Source: Bacillota bacterium
GTDB lineage: Bacteria > Bacillota > DTU025
Length of the DNA: 64,000 nucleotides
Direction: 5' to 3'
Assembly: GCA_050951805.1 (NCBI GenBank)
Contig: JBMNJT010000002.1
Location: 608,001 to 672,000 of the forward strand
In this document: piece after piece, positions 18,333-27,267 of the stretch
Numbering within the stretch: the stretch's first letter is position 1
Layout of the letters: each line of letters starts with the position of its first letter
Program-made: the position numbers and the translations under genes
The notes under the pieces: model-generated
Told to the model about the DNA's origin: nothing
Database searches by the model: none
Seen by the model: the letters and a program-made list of their open reading frames with translations, nothing else

Positions 18333-20069
18333 ATGGACTATGCAGCGGTTTATGAGAGCTGGCGCACGTCGAGCTGTGTCGATGAGGCGACGAAGGTAGA
18401 ACTTGCAGGCATAGAAAACGACGTCGCCGAAATCGAGGAGAGATTTGGGCGGGAACTTGGCTTTGGAACCGGAGGCATGCGGGGTAAGCTGGGCGCTGGC
18501 ACGAGCATGATCAACAGGTATACGGTTCGTCGTGTCACTCAAGCCTATGCTTCATACCTTCGCGAATGCGTGGAAGGGTCGAGCGAAGCCGGAGTCGTGA
18601 TCGCTTATGATTCTAGGAGGATGTCAAGGGAGTTAGCTGAAGAGGCCGCACGGGTGCTTGCCGCGGCCGGCATCAGGGCAATGGTGTTTGACGGGATTAG
18701 GCCTACTCCGTTGCTTTCCTATGCAGTTCGCGAAATGGATGCAGCAGGCGGGATCATGATAACAGCAAGCCACAACCCTCCGGAGTACAACGGTTACAAG
18801 ATCTATGGTTCTGATGGGGTGCAGTTGCTTCCTGAGGAGGCTAGCCAGATCGCAGCCAGGGTTTCCGGCATAGATGATTATCTTTGCTTTGCTGCTAAAC
18901 CTGTGGCTCAGGTAGAGGGTATAGACGGTGAAATGGATGAGCGGTATGTCAGCCGTGTCACAGAGCTCATCGAAGAGCTTGTGGGGGATATGGTTTCCAG
19001 GCGCGACCGTGAAGGACTTGGTGTTGTATACAGCCCTCTTCATGGCACAGGCTACTTGCTCGTTCCACGGGCCTTGTCAGACTTGGGTTTTGCGGGGTTG
19101 AACGTGGTACGCGAACAATCTGTGCCCGACGGCGACTTTCCAACAGTGAAGTTGCCGAATCCGGAAGATCCGTCGGCTTTTGAATTGTCCATTGACCGCG
19201 CCATGTCGATGGATGTCCGGAACCGCCCTGCGATTATCATCGCAACTGACCCGGATTGCGACCGCGTGGGTGTGGCAGTATGGGATGGCGAGGGATATCG
19301 GGTTCTTTCAGGGAACCAGGTCGGTGTCTTGCTTGCGGATTTCCTCATTGAAAGCGCCAAGATGAGAGGCATTGAACTCGGCGAATGCGCCATAGTGAAG
19401 ACGATAGTCACTACTGAGATGGTGCGGGCGCTTGCAGACGGAGAGGGTGTGCATGTGATTGACACCCTTACTGGGTTTAAGTATATTGGAGCGCACATAG
19501 ATGAACTTGAAGCGAAAGGGCGCCATTTTCTGCTCGGGCTTGAGGAGAGTTGCGGGTATCTTGCCGGCGGCTTCGTTCGTGACAAGGACGGAGTTATCGC
19601 ATCGGCCCTGGTTGCATCCGTAGCTGCGTGGCACATGGCCCATGGCCGTACGCTGTTGGACCGCTTGAACGAGCTCTACGGGACTCATGGATACTATTAT
19701 GAACGCCTTGTTTCGGTTCCTATTGCTGGAGATGGGGGCGGAGTAGAGGCCTTGGATGCTTTGCGGCAGGAGATGCCCGACTACATCGCTGGATTCCCTG
19801 TTGTTGAGGTTCACGATTATCTCACTGGTTGGACGAAGAAACGTGGGGCGGGCATCAGGGTTCCGATCGACCTTCCTAGAGAAAACTGCATACAGCTTGT
19901 GCTTTCGCGGGGCAGCAAGATCACGCTGAGGCCGTCAGGCACCGAGCCCAAGCTCAAATTGTACGTGGCGGTTCGTGCTGGATCGCAGCTGAAGGCTGAG
20001 GCGAAAGCTGACGCTATCGTGACGACTGCTATGAGGCTCCTTCCGATATCGCAGGAGGGCTATGATTGA
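18333..20069 (+). CDS. pgm: Phosphoglucomutase/phosphomannomutase (alpha-D-phosphohexomutase)
   Basis: 'FGTGGMRG', 'TASHNP', 'DPDCDR', 'GLEESCG', 'RPSGTEPKLK'. Confidence 0.93.
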   Translation: MDYAAVYESWRTSSCVDEATKVELAGIENDVAEIEERFGRELGFGTGGMRGKLGAGTSMINRYTVRRVTQAYASYLRECVEGSSEAGVVIAYDSRRMSRELAEEAARVLAAAGIRAMVFDGIRPTPLLSYAVREMDAAGGIMITASHNPPEYNGYKIYGSDGVQLLPEEASQIAARVSGIDDYLCFAAKPVAQVEGIDGEMDERYVSRVTELIEELVGDMVSRRDREGLGVVYSPLHGTGYLLVPRALSDLGFAGLNVVREQSVPDGDFPTVKLPNPEDPSAFELSIDRAMSMDVRNRPAIIIATDPDCDRVGVAVWDGEGYRVLSGNQVGVLLADFLIESAKMRGIELGECAIVKTIVTTEMVRALADGEGVHVIDTLTGFKYIGAHIDELEAKGRHFLLGLEESCGYLAGGFVRDKDGVIASALVASVAAWHMAHGRTLLDRLNELYGTHGYYYERLVSVPIAGDGGGVEALDALRQEMPDYIAGFPVVEVHDYLTGWTKKRGAGIRVPIDLPRENCIQLVLSRGSKITLRPSGTEPKLKLYVAVRAGSQLKAEAKADAIVTTAMRLLPISQEGYD

Positions 20070-20123
20070 GGGAGGGACCAGACTCGGCTTCCTGAGGCAT
20101 TCGGAAAGAAATATAAATGAAAC

Positions 20124-20153
20124 CACAAGGGGGCGGCATATGCCGCCCCCTGT
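20124..20153. terminator. Hairpin between convergent pgm and lipoprotein genes
   Basis: AGGGGGCGGC-ATAT-GCCGCCCCCT perfect stem. Confidence 0.7.
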
Positions 20154-20181
20154 GAACTACGTTGACTGTGTGTATGTTAGA

Positions 20182-20961
20182 TTACCAGCTTATCACCGAA
20201 TAGCTGAACGTGGAGCCGTCGGGATTATCGGCCGTGAACTCCACAAGGCCTAGACCCTTCTTGTATACCCTGGTCTCTGTGTAGGTGCCTTCATACAGCT
20301 CGGCTGTGTACTGAACCTTAACATAGTCCAGTTTGTCGTCGTCCTTGCCGACTTCGATGATCTCTGCCTCAACCTCGGTCCAATCAGGGGTCTCATACGT
20401 CCACTTTGTGCCCTTCTTGATGGGGGTCTTTAGAACCTGCAACCTCGTGAACTTGTGTGGAAGCGCCAGCTCCCCATCGATGATATCTTCGTAGACCGAA
20501 TCCTTAGTGAACTCGTACCTCAGTTCCAATGTGGTCGAACCAGCTGTGGCAGCAGTGTCCTCTTCGTCGTCCCACCAGCTGCCCCAACCCCAATCATCCT
20601 CGTCGTCATCCTCTTCGTCGTCCCAGCTCCAGCTCCAGTCGTCCTCTTCCTCTTCCTCTTCTTCCTCTTCGAGGTCGAAGGCGCTCCAGACATCGTCCAC
20701 ATCATCATCGTCTTCTTCTTCGATTCCTTCTATTTCGCCGGTGATGGTAAAGGTGACTTCTTTAGTGGATGAGTCCTCATAAATGTCATCCAAAGTCATC
20801 CTGTGGACATATCCGTCGGTGCCTTCATACTCCCATGAGTATCCTTCTTCATCGGGGAAGTAGGACATGAGCTTCTTTTGCCCGCCCCCACCACAACCTG
20901 CTAGCGTTACTGCGAAAATGAGGGCTATGGCAGTAGCCGCTGCAATCCTCCTGAATCTCAT
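20182..20961 (-). CDS. Lipoprotein with Asp/Glu/Trp-rich low-complexity insert
   Basis: Lipobox 'TLAG-C' plus GGGG. 'YFP..EGYSWEYEG' and 'VYKKGLGLV' beta-rich fold. Acidic tract in the middle. Confidence 0.85.
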   Translation of the reverse strand: MRFRRIAAATAIALIFAVTLAGCGGGGQKKLMSYFPDEEGYSWEYEGTDGYVHRMTLDDIYEDSSTKEVTFTITGEIEGIEEEDDDDVDDVWSAFDLEEEEEEEEEDDWSWSWDDEEDDDEDDWGWGSWWDDEEDTAATAGSTTLELRYEFTKDSVYEDIIDGELALPHKFTRLQVLKTPIKKGTKWTYETPDWTEVEAEIIEVGKDDDKLDYVKVQYTAELYEGTYTETRVYKKGLGLVEFTADNPDGSTFSYSVISW

Positions 20962-21589
20962 ACACCTATCAGCTCCTCGTATATTTGCTCAAGCCGCCCA
21001 GATAGGCCAGCTGGCGGCCTGGAAACCAACGTCCATCTTCCAGGTTTTGATTTAACGCAGCGCCGTCATAGGAAGGATCACGAATTTTCACTCTAATCAG
21101 TCATTCGTGTCTCTATGTCTACCAGGCGGACGGGAGTTGCCCTGGACAGATGGAAGTTGGGCATAAGTACCCTTCAATATATATAAATACCACGGACCGG
21201 GACTTTTGTCCACCGCCGCCCGGCAGATGGGCTAACCACATTATATTACATATCCGGCATTTCTGGTAGACCTGCCCTGCTTTTCAGAAGGATGGGAGCA
21301 GCATGGACGGTCTACGCTGGCGCATTCGAGATTGCGCCCTTTTTCGTATCCAGACAGTATGCTCCTTCAGCGTTCGACAGGACCTTCGGCAAGGTTCGTG
21401 ATTTTCGTCGCTGCCGGTATCGCCTGGGAACGAGAACCTCCGTAAAATACCTCCTACTCTTGAAGACAGGTCGAAATCATGGGAATTTCGCTCTGGGCCC
21501 GCAGATAGAAACTTACATGGTTCGAGAGGGCATGGCTATAGGATATGTGGTGAAAATGACATGGCAAAGCGCTTGTTGCAGGGGGTGCG

Positions 21590-23209
21590 ATGATGCTCAG
21601 GGGAAAAGTTCTCCTTGCGGAATGTCTCGCGGCAGCGCTGATTTTGTGTGCGGCAGGAGTGATCTGCCACTTAGGGCCCGGAAAGACGGGCGTCTTTGAG
21701 ACGCAGTTGGATTCATGTTGGCGTCAATTTGGACAGGCAACTGTTGCTGCTTCCTCGGGATCTGGAACGTTGTCGACTGAAGGATGGGGCTTTGAGACAT
21801 ATGTGGGGTATGGGGATCTGCTCAGCGTGTCCACGAAAGCCGGATGGGAAAATGAGGCTTCGGGCCTTTTTGAGATTGCCGGATGGTCGAGCTATTCAGA
21901 TGTAGTTGCGATTGTTCGTCGCGAGGATCTTGGAGATGAGCGCATTACGTGGCTGGTTTCCGAGCCTGACGGCTGGTTTTCGGGGACTGTATGGTTTGTG
22001 GATGGGCCTGGAAGATACTCCGTGAGCGTTGCGACGCGGCCGCCTAAAAAGGCATCATACATAGTTGTTTGCAGTTTCTGCGTGCACAACACTTCGGACG
22101 AGATTCCGCTCGCCCCTATTGAGTATGTGGGGTACGGCCACGATGTGACGATCGATTCTCCGAGGCAGGAATCGAACGTCGTGACTGATCTTCTTAATGT
22201 GCGGGGTTGGTCGCGGTATCCACGGGTCAGGGCGACGGTCGAGAACATGGAGACTGGCGAGATCCGGACTTACTACACCCAAACCGCGCAGGATGGAACC
22301 TTCGAGTTCCCCGTTCCCCTCGATGTTGGGTATGGCCCTTGTGAGGTCATACTGTCTTCCTGTCAGATCGATGCGGAGACATGGCGAGGGGCTGCCGCAT
22401 ACCGCTTGATATCCGAAGAGCCTCCTCTATACGTGACTCAACCCGCATACCAACGAGGGTCGATACTGGCGACTGAAAGGTTCAAAGTCCGGGGAATAGC
22501 GCGTGGCGCCGAGAGTGTGATTCTGGAGACCGTGTCCTACGAAGGAGATGCGGTCTTGCGGCGCCAGGAGGCTCAGGTGGCCGAGGACTGCTGGGAGGCA
22601 TGGGTAGACTTGCCTGAAGGTGAAGATCTCTTCAGGTTGCGCATAGGGCGTCGTTTGAGCGGGTCAGAGGGCGAGAATTGCGAAGTGAACCGTTCATACA
22701 CAGTGGCTCGGGTGAAGCCGCGGGATGATCCGGCGCCGACAGAGTTGTGGATGACGCAATCTGTGAGTATGGCTATAAGGGAGCTTGCGGAGTCAATTGT
22801 GGACGGCGTTAACGATACCTACGAGCGTGTGCGAGCTGTCCACGACTGGGTTGCCGGGAACATCGTGTACGACGTGGCGGGAGCCCGGAATGGCCGGCCG
22901 GGCTCTGGGGATGCCATCACCACGCTTCGCAGGCGCGAAGCTGTGTGCCTTGGATATTCGAACCTTACGGCGGCATTGTTGCGGGCTGCAGGTTACCGTG
23001 TGTGGGTTGTGATAGGCAGTGCCGACAATGGGGTGTCCGTGTTGCGACACGCTTGGAATGAGGTTGAGGTGGACGGAAGGATTCTATCGATCGATGCAAC
23101 ATGGGACGCCGGCTGCATAGAGAGGGGAGTCTTTGTGAGGCGGCTGAGTGGGGCATTGTTTGATCCGTCGCCTGAGCTCCTGGCTTTCAGCCATTTCGCC
23201 GAAATCTAG
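21590..23209 (+). CDS. Secreted/anchored transglutaminase-like cysteine protease with Ig-like repeats
   Basis: Cys-His-Asp motifs 'AVCLGYS', 'RHAWNEV', 'IDATWD', plus 'AVHDWVAGNIVYD'. N-terminal hydrophobic helix. Confidence 0.85.
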   Translation: MMLRGKVLLAECLAAALILCAAGVICHLGPGKTGVFETQLDSCWRQFGQATVAASSGSGTLSTEGWGFETYVGYGDLLSVSTKAGWENEASGLFEIAGWSSYSDVVAIVRREDLGDERITWLVSEPDGWFSGTVWFVDGPGRYSVSVATRPPKKASYIVVCSFCVHNTSDEIPLAPIEYVGYGHDVTIDSPRQESNVVTDLLNVRGWSRYPRVRATVENMETGEIRTYYTQTAQDGTFEFPVPLDVGYGPCEVILSSCQIDAETWRGAAAYRLISEEPPLYVTQPAYQRGSILATERFKVRGIARGAESVILETVSYEGDAVLRRQEAQVAEDCWEAWVDLPEGEDLFRLRIGRRLSGSEGENCEVNRSYTVARVKPRDDPAPTELWMTQSVSMAIRELAESIVDGVNDTYERVRAVHDWVAGNIVYDVAGARNGRPGSGDAITTLRRREAVCLGYSNLTAALLRAAGYRVWVVIGSADNGVSVLRHAWNEVEVDGRILSIDATWDAGCIERGVFVRRLSGALFDPSPELLAFSHFAEI

Positions 23210-23844
23210 TGCCACTGGCACAGTGCTTGGATGGAGAATGCACGGATTGTTGCTCGGAGCGAAAAAAGGATGTAATCAACTTGTAGCTTCAATTGTTATT
23301 TGGAAAGTAAATGCCCGACAGCCAAAGATACAAGCGCAGTGTATGCACGGGGGTTTGGTAGTAGGCGCTGAGCAGTATAAATATGCCTGATAGTGCATGA
23401 ACAGCATGGGCTCCGTGGGAGGATGCGACATGACGGGTAGAAAAGCTACGGGAACAGTTTTGGCGTTGCCCTGCATCGCGTCACCATGCTTGCAGCGGTA
23501 GCTCATGGCGCGATTGCTGTGAAGGAGGATGGCGAAAAGGCAATATCATCTTCGGGCGAGATTGGCTATGCCATCATACGGAGCAAAGATGGTTCAAATG
23601 CCCATGCTGTTATGGCCACCGCATCGTTTTGACTGGCAAGCCGCTTGTAGAAAGGGGATAAGACACGCAGCGACAGCAGTGCCATCATCCTTTGTCCCCT
23701 ACGGCTGGGTGCAACAGCTTCATTATGTGGCAACGAGTGGGATTTCCCGTCAGTCATGAGGAGTGAAGAATCTAGGGCAGCCATATGGTTGCCCTGTTGC
23801 ACCCATACTGATTTGGACAAGGTTTTCGCGGGGAGTGTAGTGCA

Positions 23845-25212
23845 TTGAAGTCTGCTTCTGTGCGGGATCTTCTCTTTCCCACGACTATAGCGTGGAAAAC
23901 ATATGTCATTGTCATCGCTGCGTCACTGGTTCCAGCGCTGCTTGCTGTTGCCTTGGGTGGGCGAGAACTGGCGCAAGCTCGGCCTGAGGGATACGAGCGG
24001 GAGCTATCCTCCGTATGCAGACTGCTAGATGCCGAGCTTGAATCGCGCCATGGATCCTTTGCGCATCTTCTGGAGACCGAAGGCGCTCTCGCGGCGCCTA
24101 GGGAAAAGCAGATTCAACTGCTAAACGCGGAATTGCAGCCAATAGTTGACATGATATCTGTGGCCTATCCCGACGTTGAGTTTGGCTATTATTCCAAGGA
24201 CCTTCGGGCCGAGCTTGCCATACATCCCATGACCGATGCTGTAAATATATACAAAGAAGTGCTACCTGAGGAATTCAACATATATCGGACCGGCAGACCT
24301 GAGGTGCTGCGTCCATTGGTATCTGAGGCCCAAAGGGGTCATGGCGGCATGGCAGTGCAGACATGTCCGCTATACGATGGGGACGAGCTTGTTGGCCATG
24401 TGTGGGCGAAAATGCCGGTTCGAATAGAGCATAAGAGGCTATATACCGCAGGCAGCCTTGTGGGACTTGCGGCCGTAACCGCTGCCGTTCTCTTGGTTTC
24501 ATCATGGTACATCATGCGCGGGCTGGGGCACTGGGAGGAGCGATACGCGCTCAGCCGTGGTGCAATGGCTAATCGCGAGGCTGCGGCTATTGTTCACGAG
24601 ATGCGCAACCCAATAACCGTCTCCAAAGGCCTCGTCCAACTTGTATTGACTCAAGAGACTGACATGAGAAAGAGGATGTGGCTTTCGAATATCGTCCGCC
24701 AATTGGATCACATGAATAACATAGCTTCCGATTATCTTCAATATGCCCGGCCCAGGCCGCCCCGAGTATCCGATGTTTCTGTGCAAGAGCTTGTAGAGGA
24801 TCTTGTGGAGAATGTTGCGCCATATGTCGAAGAATCGGGCGCGATCATGGAAGTATCGTCTGACTGCGATGATCTCAAGGTGCGATGCGATCGGGATCAG
24901 GTAGGCCAGGTATTGCTCAACCTGGTGAAAAATGCAGTGGAAGCCGGATTGGGCGAGCCTGGGCTGAGGGTTGCCATTCGCTGGCGCCGGGAGGGAGGAA
25001 CCGTCATTATCGAAGTGGCCGATAATGGCCCAGGGATTCCCCAGGAGAACCTTTCCCGCATATTCGACCCATTCTTCACTCTAAAGCCGAAAGGCACAGG
25101 CCTTGGCCTTGCGATATCGAGGACCCTTATTGAGCAGCAGGGGGGATCCCTTGCTGCCCATAGTTCTCAGGCAGGAGGCGCCGTTTTCTCCGTAAAGTTG
25201 CCGCGGGCGTGA
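23845..25212 (+). CDS. Membrane sensor histidine kinase (AtoS/NtrB-like), no adjacent response regulator
   Basis: Two TM helices. H-box 'HEMRNP', N-box 'QVLLNLVKNA', 'DNGPGI', 'FDPFFT', 'GTGLGL'. Confidence 0.92.
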   Translation: MKSASVRDLLFPTTIAWKTYVIVIAASLVPALLAVALGGRELAQARPEGYERELSSVCRLLDAELESRHGSFAHLLETEGALAAPREKQIQLLNAELQPIVDMISVAYPDVEFGYYSKDLRAELAIHPMTDAVNIYKEVLPEEFNIYRTGRPEVLRPLVSEAQRGHGGMAVQTCPLYDGDELVGHVWAKMPVRIEHKRLYTAGSLVGLAAVTAAVLLVSSWYIMRGLGHWEERYALSRGAMANREAAAIVHEMRNPITVSKGLVQLVLTQETDMRKRMWLSNIVRQLDHMNNIASDYLQYARPRPPRVSDVSVQELVEDLVENVAPYVEESGAIMEVSSDCDDLKVRCDRDQVGQVLLNLVKNAVEAGLGEPGLRVAIRWRREGGTVIIEVADNGPGIPQENLSRIFDPFFTLKPKGTGLGLAISRTLIEQQGGSLAAHSSQAGGAVFSVKLPRA

Positions 25213-25297
25213 TCCCGGGAAGATTTGCTTGCTTCCCGGCAGGCAGAAAAGTGCAGTACGCCTTGTGTATCTTCAGCTGAACAACGGAGAAAGGAAA

Positions 25298-25323
25298 GAG
25301 TCCCGGAAGTATCCCGGGACTCT
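25298..25323 (-). terminator. Intrinsic terminator of zinc-ribbon gene (possibly bidirectional)
   Basis: GAGTCCCGG...CCGGGACTC stem with A-rich flank on the + strand. Confidence 0.65.
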
Positions 25324-25373
25324 CCATGCCTACGTCGAATGCTTCATATTCCTAAACGAGCTTTTCGAGTTGC

Positions 25374-25664
25374 CTACCTATTCCTCATCGACTTCTGCGC
25401 AGCGAAGCACTCGCTGCAGTATACCGGCTTGTCGCCGCTTGGCTGGAATGGAACGTAGGCTGGCTTTCCACAGGCGGAGCAGACGGCCTCATACATCTGG
25501 CGGTTACCAGAACCACTAGAGGCCCTGCGGGCTCTCCTGCAATCCGGGCACCTCGACGGCTCGTTCTGAAATCCGTGCTGATCGTAAAATTCCTGCTCTC
25601 CCGCGGTGAACACAAAATCCTGTCCACAGTCTCTACAATTGAGGATCTTGTCTTCGTATGCCAA
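25374..25664 (-). CDS. Zinc-ribbon / CxxC-x17-CxxC domain protein
   Basis: 'DKILNCRDCGQDFVFTAGEQEFY...PSRCPDCR' and 'AVCSACG...VPFQP..DKPVYCSECF'. TTG start after GGGGA. Confidence 0.93.
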   Translation of the reverse strand: MAYEDKILNCRDCGQDFVFTAGEQEFYDQHGFQNEPSRCPDCRRARRASSGSGNRQMYEAVCSACGKPAYVPFQPSGDKPVYCSECFAAQKSMRNR

Positions 25665-26118
25665 CTTGATCATCCCCGATTCGTTGGATAGTCTCTTGAT
25701 CAAGTCGACAGGCATTAGAATGCGTGCGCTTGAACAACAGCCATATATATCTTAAAGCCTTTCCGGCGAACTTGCAATATGCTGCCAACAAAAGTATTGT
25801 CTGACGCTTCGTGCCCACGTGAGTGTCAAACCCACTTTTGCCTGGTAGAGCTGGGGGTTGTCCGAGAACCTCGGGAAATTGCGGCGAAAAGAAACTTCCC
25901 GCTCGATACCTTATGTATGGGCATTGTTCACTCTTAACCATAGATTTGCTGCCTGATCTGAGCTTCTGTAGGAAATAATGTACCGCAGCTTTGACCGATT
26001 TTCCAGGTCTTGTGCGCCGATTATTGCCTTTGTCGAAGATGCCCGTTCGCCGGGAGGGAATGCGGAGGTAGTGTTGATTTACCCTCATCGGTATGGTAAC
26101 ATATGTGGCGAGCAAAGG

Positions 26119-26592
26119 ATGCTTCATAGAACTATGAAACAAGAATTGCTTGATGTCAAGTTTATGAGCGAGGCCATGGCCCAGGCGCATGAGGCGTCGT
26201 TGGCTGGCGAGGTGCCGGTCGGCGCGGTAGTGGTTATGGGCGATGAGGTTATCGCGCGCGCACACAACCGGAAGGAATCGGATAAGGATCCAACGGCGCA
26301 CGCAGAGATACTTGCGATCCGGGAGGCTGCCACCCGCATCGGATCATGGCGGCTTTCGGGGGCAACCATTTACGTGACGCTGGAGCCATGTCCCATGTGT
26401 GCGGGTGCCATAGTTCAGGCGAGGCTTGATAGATTGGTTTATGGAGCGGCTGATCCCAAGACAGGGGCGGCCGGTACTATATTCGACTTGCCACGCGACA
26501 TGAGGCTCAACCACTGGGTGAGTGTGACAGGCGGGGTCATGGCGGAAGAAGCCGGCGCGTTGCTTGAGAAGTTCTTTTCAAATAAGCGTTGA
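26119..26592 (+). CDS. tadA: tRNA adenosine(34) deaminase
   Basis: 'GEVPVGAVVV', 'AHAEILA', 'TLEPCPMCAGA'. Canonical position before ffs-dnaX. Confidence 0.96.
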   Translation: MLHRTMKQELLDVKFMSEAMAQAHEASLAGEVPVGAVVVMGDEVIARAHNRKESDKDPTAHAEILAIREAATRIGSWRLSGATIYVTLEPCPMCAGAIVQARLDRLVYGAADPKTGAAGTIFDLPRDMRLNHWVSVTGGVMAEEAGALLEKFFSNKR

Positions 26593-26611
26593 TATTTTTC
26601 ATATAGCTTGC

Positions 26612-26702
26612 GGAGAGATGGCTGAGCTGGTCGAAAGCGCTCGCCTCGAAAGCGAGTAGGCGGGGAACCGCCTCGTGGGTTCGAATCCCACTCTCTCCGC
26701 CA
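26612..26702 (+). tRNA. tRNA-Ser(CGA)
   Basis: Class II cloverleaf, loop CT-CGA-AA, long variable arm, CCA. Confidence 0.97.
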
Positions 26703-26740
26703 TAGATTCTGAGGCCTATTTCTGGGGCTTTCCATATTGC

Positions 26741-26831
26741 GGAGAGGTGGCTGAGTTGGTCTAAGGCGCTCGCCTGGAGAGCGAGTAGGCGGGGAACCGC
26801 CTCGTGGGTTCGAATCCCACCCTCTCCGCCA
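26741..26831 (+). tRNA. tRNA-Ser(GGA)
   Basis: Class II cloverleaf, loop CT-GGA-GA, CCA. Confidence 0.97.
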
Positions 26832-26851
26832 TTTTTGTTCATATTGACTTT

Positions 26852-27120
26852 GGCCGTGCTAGACGGGGAGGTAGCGGTGCCCTGTACCCGAAAACCGCTA
26901 TAGCGGGGTTGACTTCCCACCCTAGGCCTGCCTTCTTTGGGGCCTGCCCGACGCAAGTGGTGTTGAGGGCTGGGTCCTGCGCAACGAGGCTCTGTGAACC
27001 CCGTCAGGACCGGGAGGTAGCAGCGGTAAGCAGATACCCTCGTGTGCCGCGGGAGCGCCTGGTCGGAGCTGGCTACGTCGGTACCGCCTGGGGAAGCTTG
27101 TCGAAGGTGGGTGCACGGCC
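26852..27120 (+). ncRNA. ffs: Large (Alu-domain) bacterial SRP RNA
   Basis: 5' GGCCGTGC pairs with 3' GCACGGCC. Alu 'GGGGAGGTAGCGGTGCCCTG'. Domain IV 'TCAGGACCGGGAGGTAGCAGC'. Lies upstream of dnaX. Confidence 0.95.
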
Positions 27121-27131
27121 TCTACATCGTC

Positions 27132-27160
27132 AGGATGGTCCGGCTGGGCCATCCTTTTTT
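27132..27160 (+). terminator. Terminator after SRP RNA
   Basis: AGGATGGTCC-GGCT-GGGCCATCCT followed by a T run. Confidence 0.85.
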
Positions 27161-27267
27161 GATGTGGAGGACAAAGAGAGACCTGGAGCGAATACTACTT
27201 GAGGCATGTTTTGCTGAGCCTGCTTTCTAGGGCTTGCAAAGGCAAATCGGATTTTGGGGGGCTACCG

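Noticed and set aside
20455-20782. Poly-Ser / poly-Arg ORFs in other frames
   Set aside because: Alternative readings of the lipoprotein's acidic tract.
17422-25700. Possible genomic island integrated at tRNA-Arg(CCT)
   Set aside because: No integrase, no duplicated tRNA 3' end noticed, and pgm lies inside.
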